Virus record (IMG/VR): IMGVR_UViG_3300028840_002431
Span: 310,001-374,000 of that record
Direction: 5' to 3' (one strand)
Length of the DNA stretch: 64,000 bases
The position numbers and the translations under genes were made by a program. The notes under the pieces were generated by a model. That model worked only from the letters and a program-made list of their open reading frames with translations, was not told the origin of the DNA and searched no databases. Positions 26,260 through 37,100 of this stretch are shown here, one piece after another (the stretch's first letter is position 1; the number at the start of each line of letters is the position of its first letter).

Positions 26260-26889
26260 CTAAGAGATAACATCGTCGAAGCGTGGGTTCTGGGGATCAC
26301 CCCCCACGTAGAGGAACTCCTCAAGGCTTATTGCAGCCTTAACCTCACCCATGAGCCGGGAATGCAGGATTTCAACGTCTTCTTTACCCTCTGCCATATG
26401 GGCCACAACCAAATTCATTGCGGATAGTATTGTGTCCCCGCGCACCCAACCGCTCACTCTGGCTTCCAAAACCCTGTGAATTGCTTGATACATAAACAGG
26501 GAGCGGCATATAATGTCACCCTTCTCCGGATCAGGGCGGAGAACTGCTTTCACAGCGTTGAGCGCGTCCTGAAGCTCTTGCTCCGTGGCAGCGGCTTCTG
26601 ACGCTTTTGCTATATGAGGCAGTAACTCCTCGGTCAATTCTTCCGCGACCAATGAAGTGTCCAGGTTCTGTAGAATTGTATATAAAACTTCGACCGCCCG
26701 TTCATGCTCAAACAATGAAAACGCCGTCAACAAATACACCGGATTAGTTTCACCGTTGTAGAACGCCTGATTAGTGGAGTACGCACCGATACGCCTTCTT
26801 ACGTCGATCATGACGTAATCACAGATACCACTCAGGGTCTCGTCGTTTTGCAGTTCGTCCTGCAACCATTCCATGAACGTAGCCATCAA
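26260..26889 (-). CDS. helical orphan protein, paralogue of 25694..26251
   Basis: Same shared motifs; GAGGT SD. Confidence 0.7.
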   Translation of the reverse strand: MMATFMEWLQDELQNDETLSGICDYVMIDVRRRIGAYSTNQAFYNGETNPVYLLTAFSLFEHERAVEVLYTILQNLDTSLVAEELTEELLPHIAKASEAAATEQELQDALNAVKAVLRPDPEKGDIICRSLFMYQAIHRVLEARVSGWVRGDTILSAMNLVVAHMAEGKEDVEILHSRLMGEVKAAISLEEFLYVGGDPQNPRFDDVIS

Positions 26890-26895
26890 GAACCT

Positions 26896-29610
26896 CTACG
26901 GCGGGATGTCGTCAGTATACGCAAGGGCCTTCCATGCGCCACTGACACGAAAAAGAATTCGATCTTTACCCGAGTGAAAGGCCAAATCACCATTCGTTGG
27001 GTTCGCAGGGGCACCGCCGATGCCCCAGTCATAACCCACGAGATTGATATGCCCTCTATCAGCGCACGCGAAGAATAAACCTCCTACACCATCAACGGCT
27101 CCGCCTCTTATCCCCGCCGTCCAAGTGTTAGTGTTAGAAGGATTATTGTTGTATCCGTACACACCGGCCTTAGCGTTATCGGCCGAGAGACCGTAGATTC
27201 CGTGGTAATCGGCCGAGTACCCCTCGACACCATAGCCGTCGTTACCGGTCCCATAAACACCCGCGCCATCACCAGCGTTAGTCCCTTTCACACCGTATGT
27301 GGCGGTCCCAGCACTGCCGCTGGTCATTTGGCCCAAAACACCAACACCTCCCGCGTTGTTGTCAGACGTGCCGTACACACCCATTTGAGTGTCGGACTTG
27401 CCATAGACTCCCGGACCATCGGTGTTCAACCCCTTAACGCCCGCACCGGTAAGATCCGTATCAGCTTGCCCTGTCACACCAGTGAATGTGGTGCCCGCAT
27501 CCGTGGTGCCGTACAGGCCGTGGTAGGCTGTCGCGTGTCCGTAAACACCCGGCCCGGTGGTGTTGGTACCCTTAACACCCGCGCCAGTGGCGTCTGTGTT
27601 AGCAGAACCAATCACGCCCGCCACGGCAGCACCCGCGCTTGTTATACCGTAAATGCCATGGAAGTCAGCCGAGATCCCATAAACACCTGGACCGCCTGTA
27701 TTGGTCCCCTTGACCCCGGCACCCGAGTCGTCTGTCTCAGCCTCGCCTGAGACCCCCGAATGGCCGCCACTCGCGTCCGTCTTACCGGCCACGCCATGTC
27801 CGGCCGCTGAGTACCCGTAGACGCCCGGCCCGAGCCAATCGTTGGAACCTTTCACACCAGCGCCGGTAACGTCGGTAGTGGCCGCACCGACCACGCCAGC
27901 GGCGGCGGCACCAGCATTTGTTAGGCCGTAAACACCATGATAGCCGTCCGACGCACCATAAACACCAACGCCCGTACCATTATTGAAGCCTTTCACACCA
28001 GCCCCAGTAGGATCGGAATTCGCCTCACCAGTGACACCGGCAGTAGCAGCGCCCGCGTTCGTTTTACCGTGGACCCCATGGTGTGAGTCCGACTCACCTG
28101 AAATGCCAACCCCCAACGTGTTGTGGCCGTAGACCCCAGCTTTAGTGGCGTCTTGCGACGTGCCCCGGACACCAATACCAACGGCGTTCGAACCGTGGAC
28201 GCCGTAATGGGAAGCGGACGTGGACACGCCATAAAGCGCCGTTCCGGAGTTGTTTCTGCCAAACATCGCGTAGTGGCTGGCGTGATTCGTTTGCCCGTAA
28301 ATACCGGTCCCCGCTCCGGTGCATACCCCTCGGATACCAGGACCACTTGAGGAGATTCCGTGGACACCAACACTTCCGCCGATACCGACGACACCAGCGT
28401 TCTCGGCTTCAGCAACTTCGGCTTCTACAGCCCCACGACCCCAGCCCACGACCCCGACGCCCTTGACGGTCGGAATGTCCGCGTCAACTTCACCTTTTCC
28501 GAACACGCCTACAGAAGACTCTGTGACGCTGTCCACCATCGCATACAGGCCGAGAGCGGTGCGTCCAGCTTGCGGGTTATCGGCTTGGCATTGTATCCCT
28601 TTGGGATCATCGCCGGGCAATCCAGTGCCATCAGCCAGCCCAAAGATACCGTTCGATACACCTTTTCCGTAAACCCCAGCGTTGCCCGCTGACGTAGCTT
28701 CACCATAGACGCCCAACGAGGCGCTCGAAACAGCCTTGACGGCGTAATCAAGCGCCGAAGTGGTGTCGATACCCTTACCGGTACCGGTCGCCGTAATGGT
28801 CAGAGCGTCGGTATTAATGGGTGGTGTTATAGTCTGATCGCCACCCCAAGTATTGCTTCTGGAGTTCAGCATCAAATTGACGAAATCAACGATGATCTTC
28901 GCCTGATCATACACAGACTCGCCAGCACCCAAGCTCACGTTGGAACCGGCCACAGCGTCGGAGCCGACACGATCCGAACCGGCGTTAGCCACCAGATCCG
29001 TGACAATCTTATCCAATCTAGCCTCGATTGAGGCAGCCGGGTTCGTTGTCCCGTCGTGCCAATTCGGACCGGCATTGGCACCGACACGATCAGCGCCTTG
29101 ATCAGCCACGAGGTCCGTGATGATTTTGTTGAGTCTGACCAAGATCGAAGCGGCGGGGTTGGTTGTGCCGTCCTTCCAGTTAGAACCAGCTTGCGCACCC
29201 ACACGGGCAGCGCCTTCGTCGGCTATGAGGTCTGTGATGATCTTGTTGAGTCTGGCGTCAAGATTAGCGGCAGGGTTGGCCGTTGCATCCTTCCAAGCGG
29301 GGCCAGCCGGGGCCGTCAACTTACCAGCACCTCTTTGCCCGGCCGTGGAAGTTAGGTCGTCTACGAAGTCAGCAAACGCGGCCTGGACGTTGATCTCATT
29401 GTTAGGGGTTCCGTCTGCCCACGGACCCACAGCCACGGTGCTGATAGCCGATGCCGCGTGAGCGCCGACGGGATCATTGATGTGAGCTTGCAGAGCGGCG
29501 TCAGAACCACCTCCCGGTGGGTAAATCAGAGCCGCTGCCGGGACCGTTCCGGCTGGAAGGCGTCCGGGTCCGGGTTGAACTGTTGCTACGGGATCTCTAG
29601 TAGATGGCAT
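26896..29610 (-). CDS. Gly-rich tail fibre protein with two repeat classes
   Basis: HINDPVGAHAASAI fibre motif, 39-aa helical repeats, then GVxG repeats. Confidence 0.75.
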   Translation of the reverse strand: MPSTRDPVATVQPGPGRLPAGTVPAAALIYPPGGGSDAALQAHINDPVGAHAASAISTVAVGPWADGTPNNEINVQAAFADFVDDLTSTAGQRGAGKLTAPAGPAWKDATANPAANLDARLNKIITDLIADEGAARVGAQAGSNWKDGTTNPAASILVRLNKIITDLVADQGADRVGANAGPNWHDGTTNPAASIEARLDKIVTDLVANAGSDRVGSDAVAGSNVSLGAGESVYDQAKIIVDFVNLMLNSRSNTWGGDQTITPPINTDALTITATGTGKGIDTTSALDYAVKAVSSASLGVYGEATSAGNAGVYGKGVSNGIFGLADGTGLPGDDPKGIQCQADNPQAGRTALGLYAMVDSVTESSVGVFGKGEVDADIPTVKGVGVVGWGRGAVEAEVAEAENAGVVGIGGSVGVHGISSSGPGIRGVCTGAGTGIYGQTNHASHYAMFGRNNSGTALYGVSTSASHYGVHGSNAVGIGVRGTSQDATKAGVYGHNTLGVGISGESDSHHGVHGKTNAGAATAGVTGEANSDPTGAGVKGFNNGTGVGVYGASDGYHGVYGLTNAGAAAAGVVGAATTDVTGAGVKGSNDWLGPGVYGYSAAGHGVAGKTDASGGHSGVSGEAETDDSGAGVKGTNTGGPGVYGISADFHGIYGITSAGAAVAGVIGSANTDATGAGVKGTNTTGPGVYGHATAYHGLYGTTDAGTTFTGVTGQADTDLTGAGVKGLNTDGPGVYGKSDTQMGVYGTSDNNAGGVGVLGQMTSGSAGTATYGVKGTNAGDGAGVYGTGNDGYGVEGYSADYHGIYGLSADNAKAGVYGYNNNPSNTNTWTAGIRGGAVDGVGGLFFACADRGHINLVGYDWGIGGAPANPTNGDLAFHSGKDRILFRVSGAWKALAYTDDIPP
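27400..28113 (-). repeat. about 5 coding repeats of 46-47 aa (GPGVYGxSxxxHGxxGxTxAGxxxAGVxGxAxTDxTGAGVKGxN)
   Basis: Read directly from the translation. Confidence 0.85.
28960..29430 (-). repeat. three 39-aa coding repeats plus one degenerate copy (AGxNWxDGTTNPAASIxxRLxKIxTDLVAxxGxxRVG)
   Basis: Read directly from the translation. Confidence 0.85.
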
Positions 29611-29621
29611 ACCGCTGCCTC

Positions 29622-32195
29622 CTATACTTGTCGCTTGTTCAGAAGATTCCCCTTGATCCGAAACACTGCCGCCGTGGTCGTGTTGTTATTCAGGTCGGCA
29701 TCAAAGAACACACCATTGGTGTCGTCGAAGATGGCCCAGCGGATAAGGAGGACCAGGACCAACTGTCCCCGGTGCCCTAAGGGTGTGTCTTCGGCCAACT
29801 CAGCGAGTATTGGAAAGACATCCTTGTGTTTGTCAGGGTCGCTCAAGTCCTGAGCGTAAGCGTTCGGGATGTAGCCAGCGGGGACGGTCTTGAAATACGT
29901 GCGTCCCTCAACGTCGATATCGCCCAAACCTCGTGTGAACTCCAGAGCCTCAGGGCTGGCTACCATGGGTACGTAAATCGGAAGACTCAGAAGCCCCGTC
30001 TGAGCATCGAAATCCGCGACGGAGATTTCCGCCCGCCCCGACATTTCAGACTCTCCGGAGTACGTGTGAGTATTACTTGGGAAAACGCCACCGGTCTGGA
30101 CGTACGACGTGGCAAACGGATAACCTTCGTCCTGAGAACCGGAACCGACGGTAAGCGCGAACATCTTGGTGTTCGTGATCTTCGGGACGACTTTTATGCT
30201 TCCACTAAGCAGCGCGTTACGAGCCGTCTGAGGTACCGCCGTCCGGAAGTAAATCGTCATCTGCTCGTCGTTTTGGGGCAACGGCCGCAAAGCTGTGTAA
30301 TCGACCTGGACGCCATCTCCAGGAGCGGTCGGTCCGGCCAATGTCAAAACTCGCCCGGTCGCGTCCAAAACAGCGGCAACAGGAGCCGCGTTCACCAGAA
30401 CAGCGGTCACACTTTGCGCTCGCTCCGGGAGGTAGACCGTGGAAGTCGGCGCTTCGGTGTCGGCCGCAAAAGAGTACGAGATGGCCAAGGTCTCGTATTC
30501 AAGGTGGACCTCACGGTGCGGGTAATCTAACGCCTGAACAGCAAACGAGCCGAAGTTGACCAATGGAAGGGCGGGCAACTGAGCGGGGTTGTTAACGTAA
30601 AAGCTCCCAGCGCCGAAATCGTCGATGGGTGTATGCGACAGCCCAACACCCGTTGGGTACCCAACCACAAGAGTCACATGAATCGGCTCAGTCGAGGGGG
30701 CGGGCGGTCCAGCCGGAACTGTGTTGATCGTAATATCCAGAGGCAGAATAGGGGCTGCCCCAAGGTTGACGACATTGTAGTCCGTGGCCAGGGCCGTGGC
30801 AGCGCCCGGTGCCGCACCAGTCCATTGGACCTGCAACACATCCATGAAGAGAACGTCGGCCGGGGCGCGAGAAGCCCAGTTGAAAGGTGGGTAGGGGTAG
30901 ATGGCCAGGGCCGTGGGATCTACCTGGACCGTGGACCCAGGCACCCAACCGCCGCCCGGAGCGTTGACCACGACTGTAATGACCTCGTAGATGGACCGGT
31001 CAGAGAATCGCCTACGGGTAGCGTCGAATTGACCCGCGAAATAACCGGCCGTTGTGTCTCCCGTAATGGTGCCATCTCCTGGGAGAACGCCGATCTCATT
31101 GGCCATGAAAACGGTCGTCCCTCTGTAGCCACCACCGCTGGGGGACGTGTCACCGATTTCTGTCTTGAGAACGTTGTCGAACAAGAAGTTCGTGTTCTTC
31201 TCTAATAGTTCCGGTAGAGACCATCCATCAGGGGTCACACCCAGCCTGAGATCAACAAGGTCTTCGGCCACGATCATGTCGTAGAAAAGACCGTCCGGCC
31301 TGTCAGAAGGTCCCGGCGAGGCCACACCGCCATTGTGGTTCGTGAGGCGGTCAAAAGCGTTGTCATTGCGTCGGAACACCCCGAACAACGGGACGGCGTA
31401 CATATAGCCATCAACGGTGCCCAACGTGTTAGCTGGGTTGCCGTCTCCCGCGATCCAAAGGCCAGGGTCCCCGTTGCTGGACTGATTCACGTAAGGGAAA
31501 GCTGTCGGCGTCCCGTCTGGTGTGGCCGCGTCCGGAGGAACGGAGTTGGCCAACAGGGAAGGATCATCGAGAGCGTACGGGAAAGCGAAAACGTCAATCC
31601 CGTTGAAAACTCGCAAACGGTATTGAATCTGAACACGTTTGGTCGTTTCAGCGCCCACGTTTGTATCCAGGATGTCATCCGGGTAGTTCAGGACCAGATC
31701 ATTCGCCGGGTCGGTCTTAACGTTACCCTCCTGCCAGATGCGGCCAGAAGCGCTTTTACCGGTTGTGTCAGGTGAAGCGGAGATCAGGCGACGCCAAACC
31801 TCCAAGAAGACGATGTCGGTTCGCTGCGCCCCAACGCCTGAGGGGCTGACCCCGAGATCCAACTGATTGGACCCAGTGGCATTCGTATGACGAACCTTAA
31901 CGAGCCAACCGTTAACATGAGCCAGGATGTCGTTAGGAATCTCGACCGTGTCCGCTACAGCAATAGGTGTGAAAATAGCCCCGACTGCATCGGAAGTTAG
32001 GAGGTAGTCGTCCGCCAACCAACCTGAAGGGGTAGAACGCTTCAAGACGGCTTGGGCCGCACCGCCGTCAACGTCCTGGCTGAGATTCAACTCGCGGTCG
32101 AGAACCGGCTTACCAGCCTGGAAAGCAACCGTTTCCCACGCTCGTCCATCGGGGATGTCGTAACCGCTAACTCCAGGCCCTAAATTCTTGGTCAT
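29622..32195 (-). CDS. virion tail/baseplate protein, DUF4815/DUF6519-like N-terminus
   Basis: FQAGKPVLDRELNLSQ; paralogue of 6936..11276. Confidence 0.7.
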   Translation of the reverse strand: MTKNLGPGVSGYDIPDGRAWETVAFQAGKPVLDRELNLSQDVDGGAAQAVLKRSTPSGWLADDYLLTSDAVGAIFTPIAVADTVEIPNDILAHVNGWLVKVRHTNATGSNQLDLGVSPSGVGAQRTDIVFLEVWRRLISASPDTTGKSASGRIWQEGNVKTDPANDLVLNYPDDILDTNVGAETTKRVQIQYRLRVFNGIDVFAFPYALDDPSLLANSVPPDAATPDGTPTAFPYVNQSSNGDPGLWIAGDGNPANTLGTVDGYMYAVPLFGVFRRNDNAFDRLTNHNGGVASPGPSDRPDGLFYDMIVAEDLVDLRLGVTPDGWSLPELLEKNTNFLFDNVLKTEIGDTSPSGGGYRGTTVFMANEIGVLPGDGTITGDTTAGYFAGQFDATRRRFSDRSIYEVITVVVNAPGGGWVPGSTVQVDPTALAIYPYPPFNWASRAPADVLFMDVLQVQWTGAAPGAATALATDYNVVNLGAAPILPLDITINTVPAGPPAPSTEPIHVTLVVGYPTGVGLSHTPIDDFGAGSFYVNNPAQLPALPLVNFGSFAVQALDYPHREVHLEYETLAISYSFAADTEAPTSTVYLPERAQSVTAVLVNAAPVAAVLDATGRVLTLAGPTAPGDGVQVDYTALRPLPQNDEQMTIYFRTAVPQTARNALLSGSIKVVPKITNTKMFALTVGSGSQDEGYPFATSYVQTGGVFPSNTHTYSGESEMSGRAEISVADFDAQTGLLSLPIYVPMVASPEALEFTRGLGDIDVEGRTYFKTVPAGYIPNAYAQDLSDPDKHKDVFPILAELAEDTPLGHRGQLVLVLLIRWAIFDDTNGVFFDADLNNNTTTAAVFRIKGNLLNKRQV

Positions 32196-32217
32196 GTCCT
32201 AAGCTCCCGGCGTGGAC

Positions 32218-32859
32218 TCAAAACGTAAGCCGCCAGACTATCGTCAAGGTCGATGTGGCTGGCTTGTTGATGACTGGGAAGGTGAGGTAGTTGATGAGCG
32301 TGTCGAAGGAGGTCAAATCCACAGTCGGATCGTAAGGACCATTCGGAGGCAATACGGGCTTCTTTACGCTCATGTTGGTATCGACGTTGCCTCCAATGAG
32401 ACCCATCTCCACCAACGGGCCGACAGCCTCTGATTCCGTGAAGGTTGTCGTGAAGTCCACCACATGGGTTGGAATCGCAGTTGGGACACCACCGGAGTCT
32501 ATGAATTCAGTGTCGGCGTAAGTCTTACGAGCCAACTCAGAATACAAGGACCGCTGAGTGTCCGTGGGAGCCGGTGGGTTCATCGGGTCCCAACCCGTAT
32601 CTCCGGTTCCGACTGCCAACGCATACGCGCCGTGAGGCGGCTCCGCGTTGTCTTTCATGAGACGAGCAATCAAGATCGAGGCGTCGAGAACTACCAGATT
32701 GTACTCGCGTTGCTCCTGTATTGCCCCCGTGGCCCCATCCCGTAGTGTTAGAAAAACATCACCCTTGATGTTGTAACGGGGGAAGTCGTCTCGAAAAAGG
32801 CTGCGGACAGCAACGCTCGCTCTCTCCGCTGCCTTCTTGAACAATTCGATTTCTCTCAT
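32218..32859 (-). CDS. tail-collar/fibre-attachment-like baseplate protein
   Basis: NLVVL...AVGTG...LYSELARK...EMGL...KPATSTLTIVWRLTF pattern common in myophage baseplates. Confidence 0.65.
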   Translation of the reverse strand: MREIELFKKAAERASVAVRSLFRDDFPRYNIKGDVFLTLRDGATGAIQEQREYNLVVLDASILIARLMKDNAEPPHGAYALAVGTGDTGWDPMNPPAPTDTQRSLYSELARKTYADTEFIDSGGVPTAIPTHVVDFTTTFTESEAVGPLVEMGLIGGNVDTNMSVKKPVLPPNGPYDPTVDLTSFDTLINYLTFPVINKPATSTLTIVWRLTF

Positions 32860-32943
32860 CTACATCTCCACGGTTCGATTCAGCACTTAGGATGAACATC
32901 CATCGCCAATCCAGCTATCCCATAAGAGGAAACAAAAGCTGAA

Positions 32944-34143
32944 TTATGGTGGCGGCGGCTGTAGTTGTACGGTCACAACTGGCCCCGGTGGGATCGGAGC
33001 TAGATTGTTAGCAGTAATGAAATACTCAGGGGGCGTACCGGCATTATCAAACAGCTTCCAAGCCGTGCTATTTAACAGTGACACGAAATTAAGATCCCAA
33101 ATTTCCCTGAACGTGGCGTCACAAGGACCGTCCACCGGAGCCGGGACCGTGTCTTCCAGCCGGTTCTCAAGAGTAAGCGTGGCCTCCATTAGTCGTGGGA
33201 AATCGGCCCACAGAACCGCCGCCGAGTTCAGGGTTGTAACAAGCGGGGTAGGGACAACACCCGCGCCATGTGTGTATATGACGTGGGGATCTAAGGGTTG
33301 GGGGAAGTGGTACTCGTCGTAGGCTTTGGTGCAGACGTGGACATCGTCCACCTGGATGACGGAGTCGGCGGCCGGGGCTTCCAAGGCCGGGGAGAAAAAC
33401 ACGAGACCGCCGTGAATGCCGTACAGGCCGGTTTGCACCTCACCTGAGAAAAGATCCAACGGCACTTCCGTGTGCAACTGGTTCGCCACCCACTGGAACA
33501 CCGACGTGTCAGGAGACAACGGATCGCCAGACTCCGTGACCACTCCAGTCAAAATCGTGAGTTTGTAATGTTCCTCGTCTTCCAGGTCAGCGCCGAGTGT
33601 CAAAACAACAGAACGAACATCCGTGCTCTGCTCTGCTTGAACTGTAAGAACAGGGACCGGAGCGTTGTTCAAGTCCATGACAACGTAGTAAGACGGGTCC
33701 GTTAGGGCCGCGTTTTGAAGCATCGGCTCCGAGAAAACAGCACGAACACGAGTCTCCCTCGTGGCGACGGCAAAGAACGTCGGTGAAACCGGGACACCCA
33801 AAAAGGTCCCGGAGTCCAAGTTAGGGTCTAACGGCTGCCCGAAATACCCCTCCGCCTCATCGATCGTGAGGGTGTAAAGTGTCGCTACCTGCGGTTCAGT
33901 GACCAGGAGTACGGTCTGAGCCGTCTCGATGACCACCGAATGGATAGTTAGTGCTGGAAAAATCGAGTAATTGGCGATGGTAGAAAGAGGCGGAAACGCT
34001 GGATTGAACAGCGCCGTGTATCGGACACGGACGAGCGTTGGGGTCAGAGCGGTAACAGACTCAATCCCATATGGAGGGAAAGCGCTTCCGTATGGCCCCG
34101 CTCCGTACTCACCACTGCCGTATGGGCCAATCAGATCAACCAT
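32944..34143 (-). CDS. virion protein with Ig-like (SbsA/Big-type) repeats
   Basis: VRAVFSEPM...Y.LTI......G.PL repeats, also present in 34152..39128. Confidence 0.6.
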   Translation of the reverse strand: MVDLIGPYGSGEYGAGPYGSAFPPYGIESVTALTPTLVRVRYTALFNPAFPPLSTIANYSIFPALTIHSVVIETAQTVLLVTEPQVATLYTLTIDEAEGYFGQPLDPNLDSGTFLGVPVSPTFFAVATRETRVRAVFSEPMLQNAALTDPSYYVVMDLNNAPVPVLTVQAEQSTDVRSVVLTLGADLEDEEHYKLTILTGVVTESGDPLSPDTSVFQWVANQLHTEVPLDLFSGEVQTGLYGIHGGLVFFSPALEAPAADSVIQVDDVHVCTKAYDEYHFPQPLDPHVIYTHGAGVVPTPLVTTLNSAAVLWADFPRLMEATLTLENRLEDTVPAPVDGPCDATFREIWDLNFVSLLNSTAWKLFDNAGTPPEYFITANNLAPIPPGPVVTVQLQPPPP

Positions 34144-34151
34144 TGCTTACC

Positions 34152-37100
34152 CTAAGAATCAATGAAAATTTGGATTGCAGCCGATCCTGGATCTCGAACG
34201 AGCCGGTAATCGTGGTAGGAGCCGTCGTAGAAATCAAAGGGGATACCGCCAACAACATCTCCAGAGTTCAGGTCCACAGCGAGAACATAACGCTCTCCCA
34301 AAGGCGTGGTTACAAAAGCTAACCCCACCGTTACACCAGGAGATGAGAAGCCGATCCGGATTTGGCTATCCCCCAGGCCGCCCGTGGAATCCTGTAAAAC
34401 CTTTAGCCGAAACAGAACCTCTGTTTGAAGACTGATCGCGTCGGGCAACGGAGTGTTATTCCGGTACGTGGTCCTTGTGCCCACACCGTCCGTACCGTAG
34501 GTCAGGATACCAGCGAAAGCGCTGGCGAACTGGTGCGTAGGATCATCGCTCACCCGAGTCCATGGAGTGATGGCCGTCGGGTCATCTTCCGGCAAGACCG
34601 CACCGTCGTAGCTGAGACAGACACGGTCCTGGTAGAAAATCGTTCCCCAATCGGGCTGACACTCATCACTGAACGGGGCGATATTGGCGTCTTCCGAGCC
34701 AGAGGTTGTCTCGATGACTTTCAGGCAGTTGTACAAAACATCGTCGGGAACAATGATTTGAATCTTCCGCGTCGATTCGTTTAACAAGAAGCCCTGGCTG
34801 TTCAGCACGTCCTCAGGTCGGTTTAATCCGGACACCGGGACCAGTGTCGGTGAAGGGTTCCGGATTTCGTATGTCTGCGTCTCCGGGACCAAAGGTGTCC
34901 CGTCGTTCAGCAACGTGTAAGCCACGAGGTTAGGGTCCCGTAGAAAATCAGGCTCTGTTTGGGGCGGGATACCCTGAGACTCGCTCCAGAAATTGGTGTG
35001 CGTGTGCGGAATGGTCGTCTGGTGGTGCTCGTACGAAGCCATTATATTCCGCTGGTTGAGAACCATGTGGTGCGGAACGATTCCAAGGTCGGTTTGAGAC
35101 CGAATGGCCCCGAAGCGGACGTAGTCCCACGAACTCTGGGAGATGTTCGTCGGATCGAAAGCACCCCAGAGTATGGAAGGCAGACCGTTGGCGATTGTCC
35201 ACGCGATCCCGCTCGTGCTTGGAGGCAAATCCAGGCTGCTATAGTCAGCGTGAATCCACGGGTCAGTGTCGGCATCGAGAAGGACTGTCACACCGCCGCC
35301 CGGCGCTTTGACGATCCTATACTTATGGTAAGTGGTCCAGTCGGTTTCTAACACTATCCGATAGTCCACCTCAGACGGTTGCAACGGGAAGAGGCTCGAA
35401 ATTGTAAGCTTCGTCACATCCCCAAGAGGTGCGACTGACGCCACGGTATAGACACCCTTGTTCGCGCCGTCATCGACTACGAGTTGATCCCCGACCAAAA
35501 CACCGGCTGTTACAAAGTCGGCGTTAACGTCCGTGATAGTGTTCCCGTTTACAGCCGCTTCCCGGCCCGTTATCCGTAATGGAAGGTGATATCCGGTAAG
35601 AGAATCAGAGTCGTATCCCTTCCAAATCCCCGCAAACTTTCGGACGTTGTTGTTGACCTTCCAGAAGTTAGCGTACGCCCAAGTCACAACCGATTCAGCT
35701 TGCACACTGAGCGCGGTGGACGAACCGAAGGACACCATCCCGGACGGCGAGAAAACCGGCACGGTGAAGTCGCTATAAGGTATCGAACCGATGTAAGAAT
35801 CGTCGATGAACAAGCTTACAAGGTTGCCAGAAGTGGATTTGACAGCCCGGTATGTGTGAAAAGCGTTGTCGTACCAGTCAAACGCAAAACGGCCTCCCAG
35901 GATAGGAACCCCGTCAGAGTGGAATGTGACGTACCGTTGCCCGGCGATCTCTTCTAACATCATACCGACGGCTCGCTGGCTGTCATATACAGAGGTCATG
36001 ACCCCGGCAAACCCAGCGAGATCCGGAATGTAACTTGACACCTGAGTTCTGAACTCGAAGATATAGTCGGCTGTGTGATCCACAACGCGGTTGTCCGATC
36101 CAACCGGTTCCGAGTCGTCCAGGTAGTACACAAGGCCGTCTGTCGTGGAAGCATCGTCGATCTTCAATAGTTGCCCCACCATGGTCGGCGTTGCTCCACC
36201 TGTCTTACCCCACAAATATGGAGCGAAGTCCTCCGGGAACGCCCGGCCACCGTAGCTGAACTTTGGAGCCGCCTGATCCGGGAAGAAACAAAGCTGTATG
36301 AGTCGTCGGCCGTCGTCTATGGCAGCCAAAAGGGCGTTAGGCGTGATGCCATGCGTGTGCGTATAAAGGGCCAGATTCACGTCCAGAACGGTATTGAAGG
36401 ACTCAGAAAGCAAAGGCTCGATACGGAAATAACCCTTGAAATCGCCGCTGATGAGACCGGCAGCGCTCGACGAAGGCAGGTCCGTGGCGCTCGTGGAATC
36501 AAGGAGAAGGAACTCGCTGGCCGTGATGGTTTCCGTTCCATGGAAGCCGACCGGCGTCCAAGGTTGTGACGCTTCTTCCGGTGGTGTTGTGCCTTCGTAA
36601 GAGACGAAAACGGAGGGCGCTGTCTGTAGCGGGTTAATCGGGATCGACGTATACCTAACGAAACTCCAGGTTGAAGTGCTCTCCGCCTCCCGTGACAACG
36701 AGCCGAAGAACGCCCCCTGTAACTCGTTGAACGGGTCGTTTAGCTCCTCCAAATAAGGTAGCTCTTCCGCCGCCACCTGTAGAACCGGGACAACGGAGCC
36801 ATTCACGAACACCGTGACGTTGCCTGTACGGCTACGGAAAATCCGATAGCTACTAAGAACGCTCCAGTCTGACTCGATGGGAGCGTTCGTCGGTGCGCCG
36901 GAACTGTCGAGACCTCCCGTCCAGGCTGTGATGGCCGATGGATCGTTACCCGAACCGCCCTTCAAAATCCCTATCTTCTTAGCGCCGTCGTCCAGGAACC
37001 CAACCACGACTGCCCGGTCGTCGTCCGAATAGCCGCACGCAACCCCTGTGAAGACTCCGTCGGGAGTCGGAACAGCATCGACCATCATTCGCCACGCGAT

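Noticed and set aside
21537-29610. Possible diversity-generating retroelement or invertible fibre cassette
   Set aside because: No reverse transcriptase or recombinase in the window, and no adenine-specific template/variable repeat pair or flanking inverted repeats seen by eye; the repeats are in-frame coding repeats.
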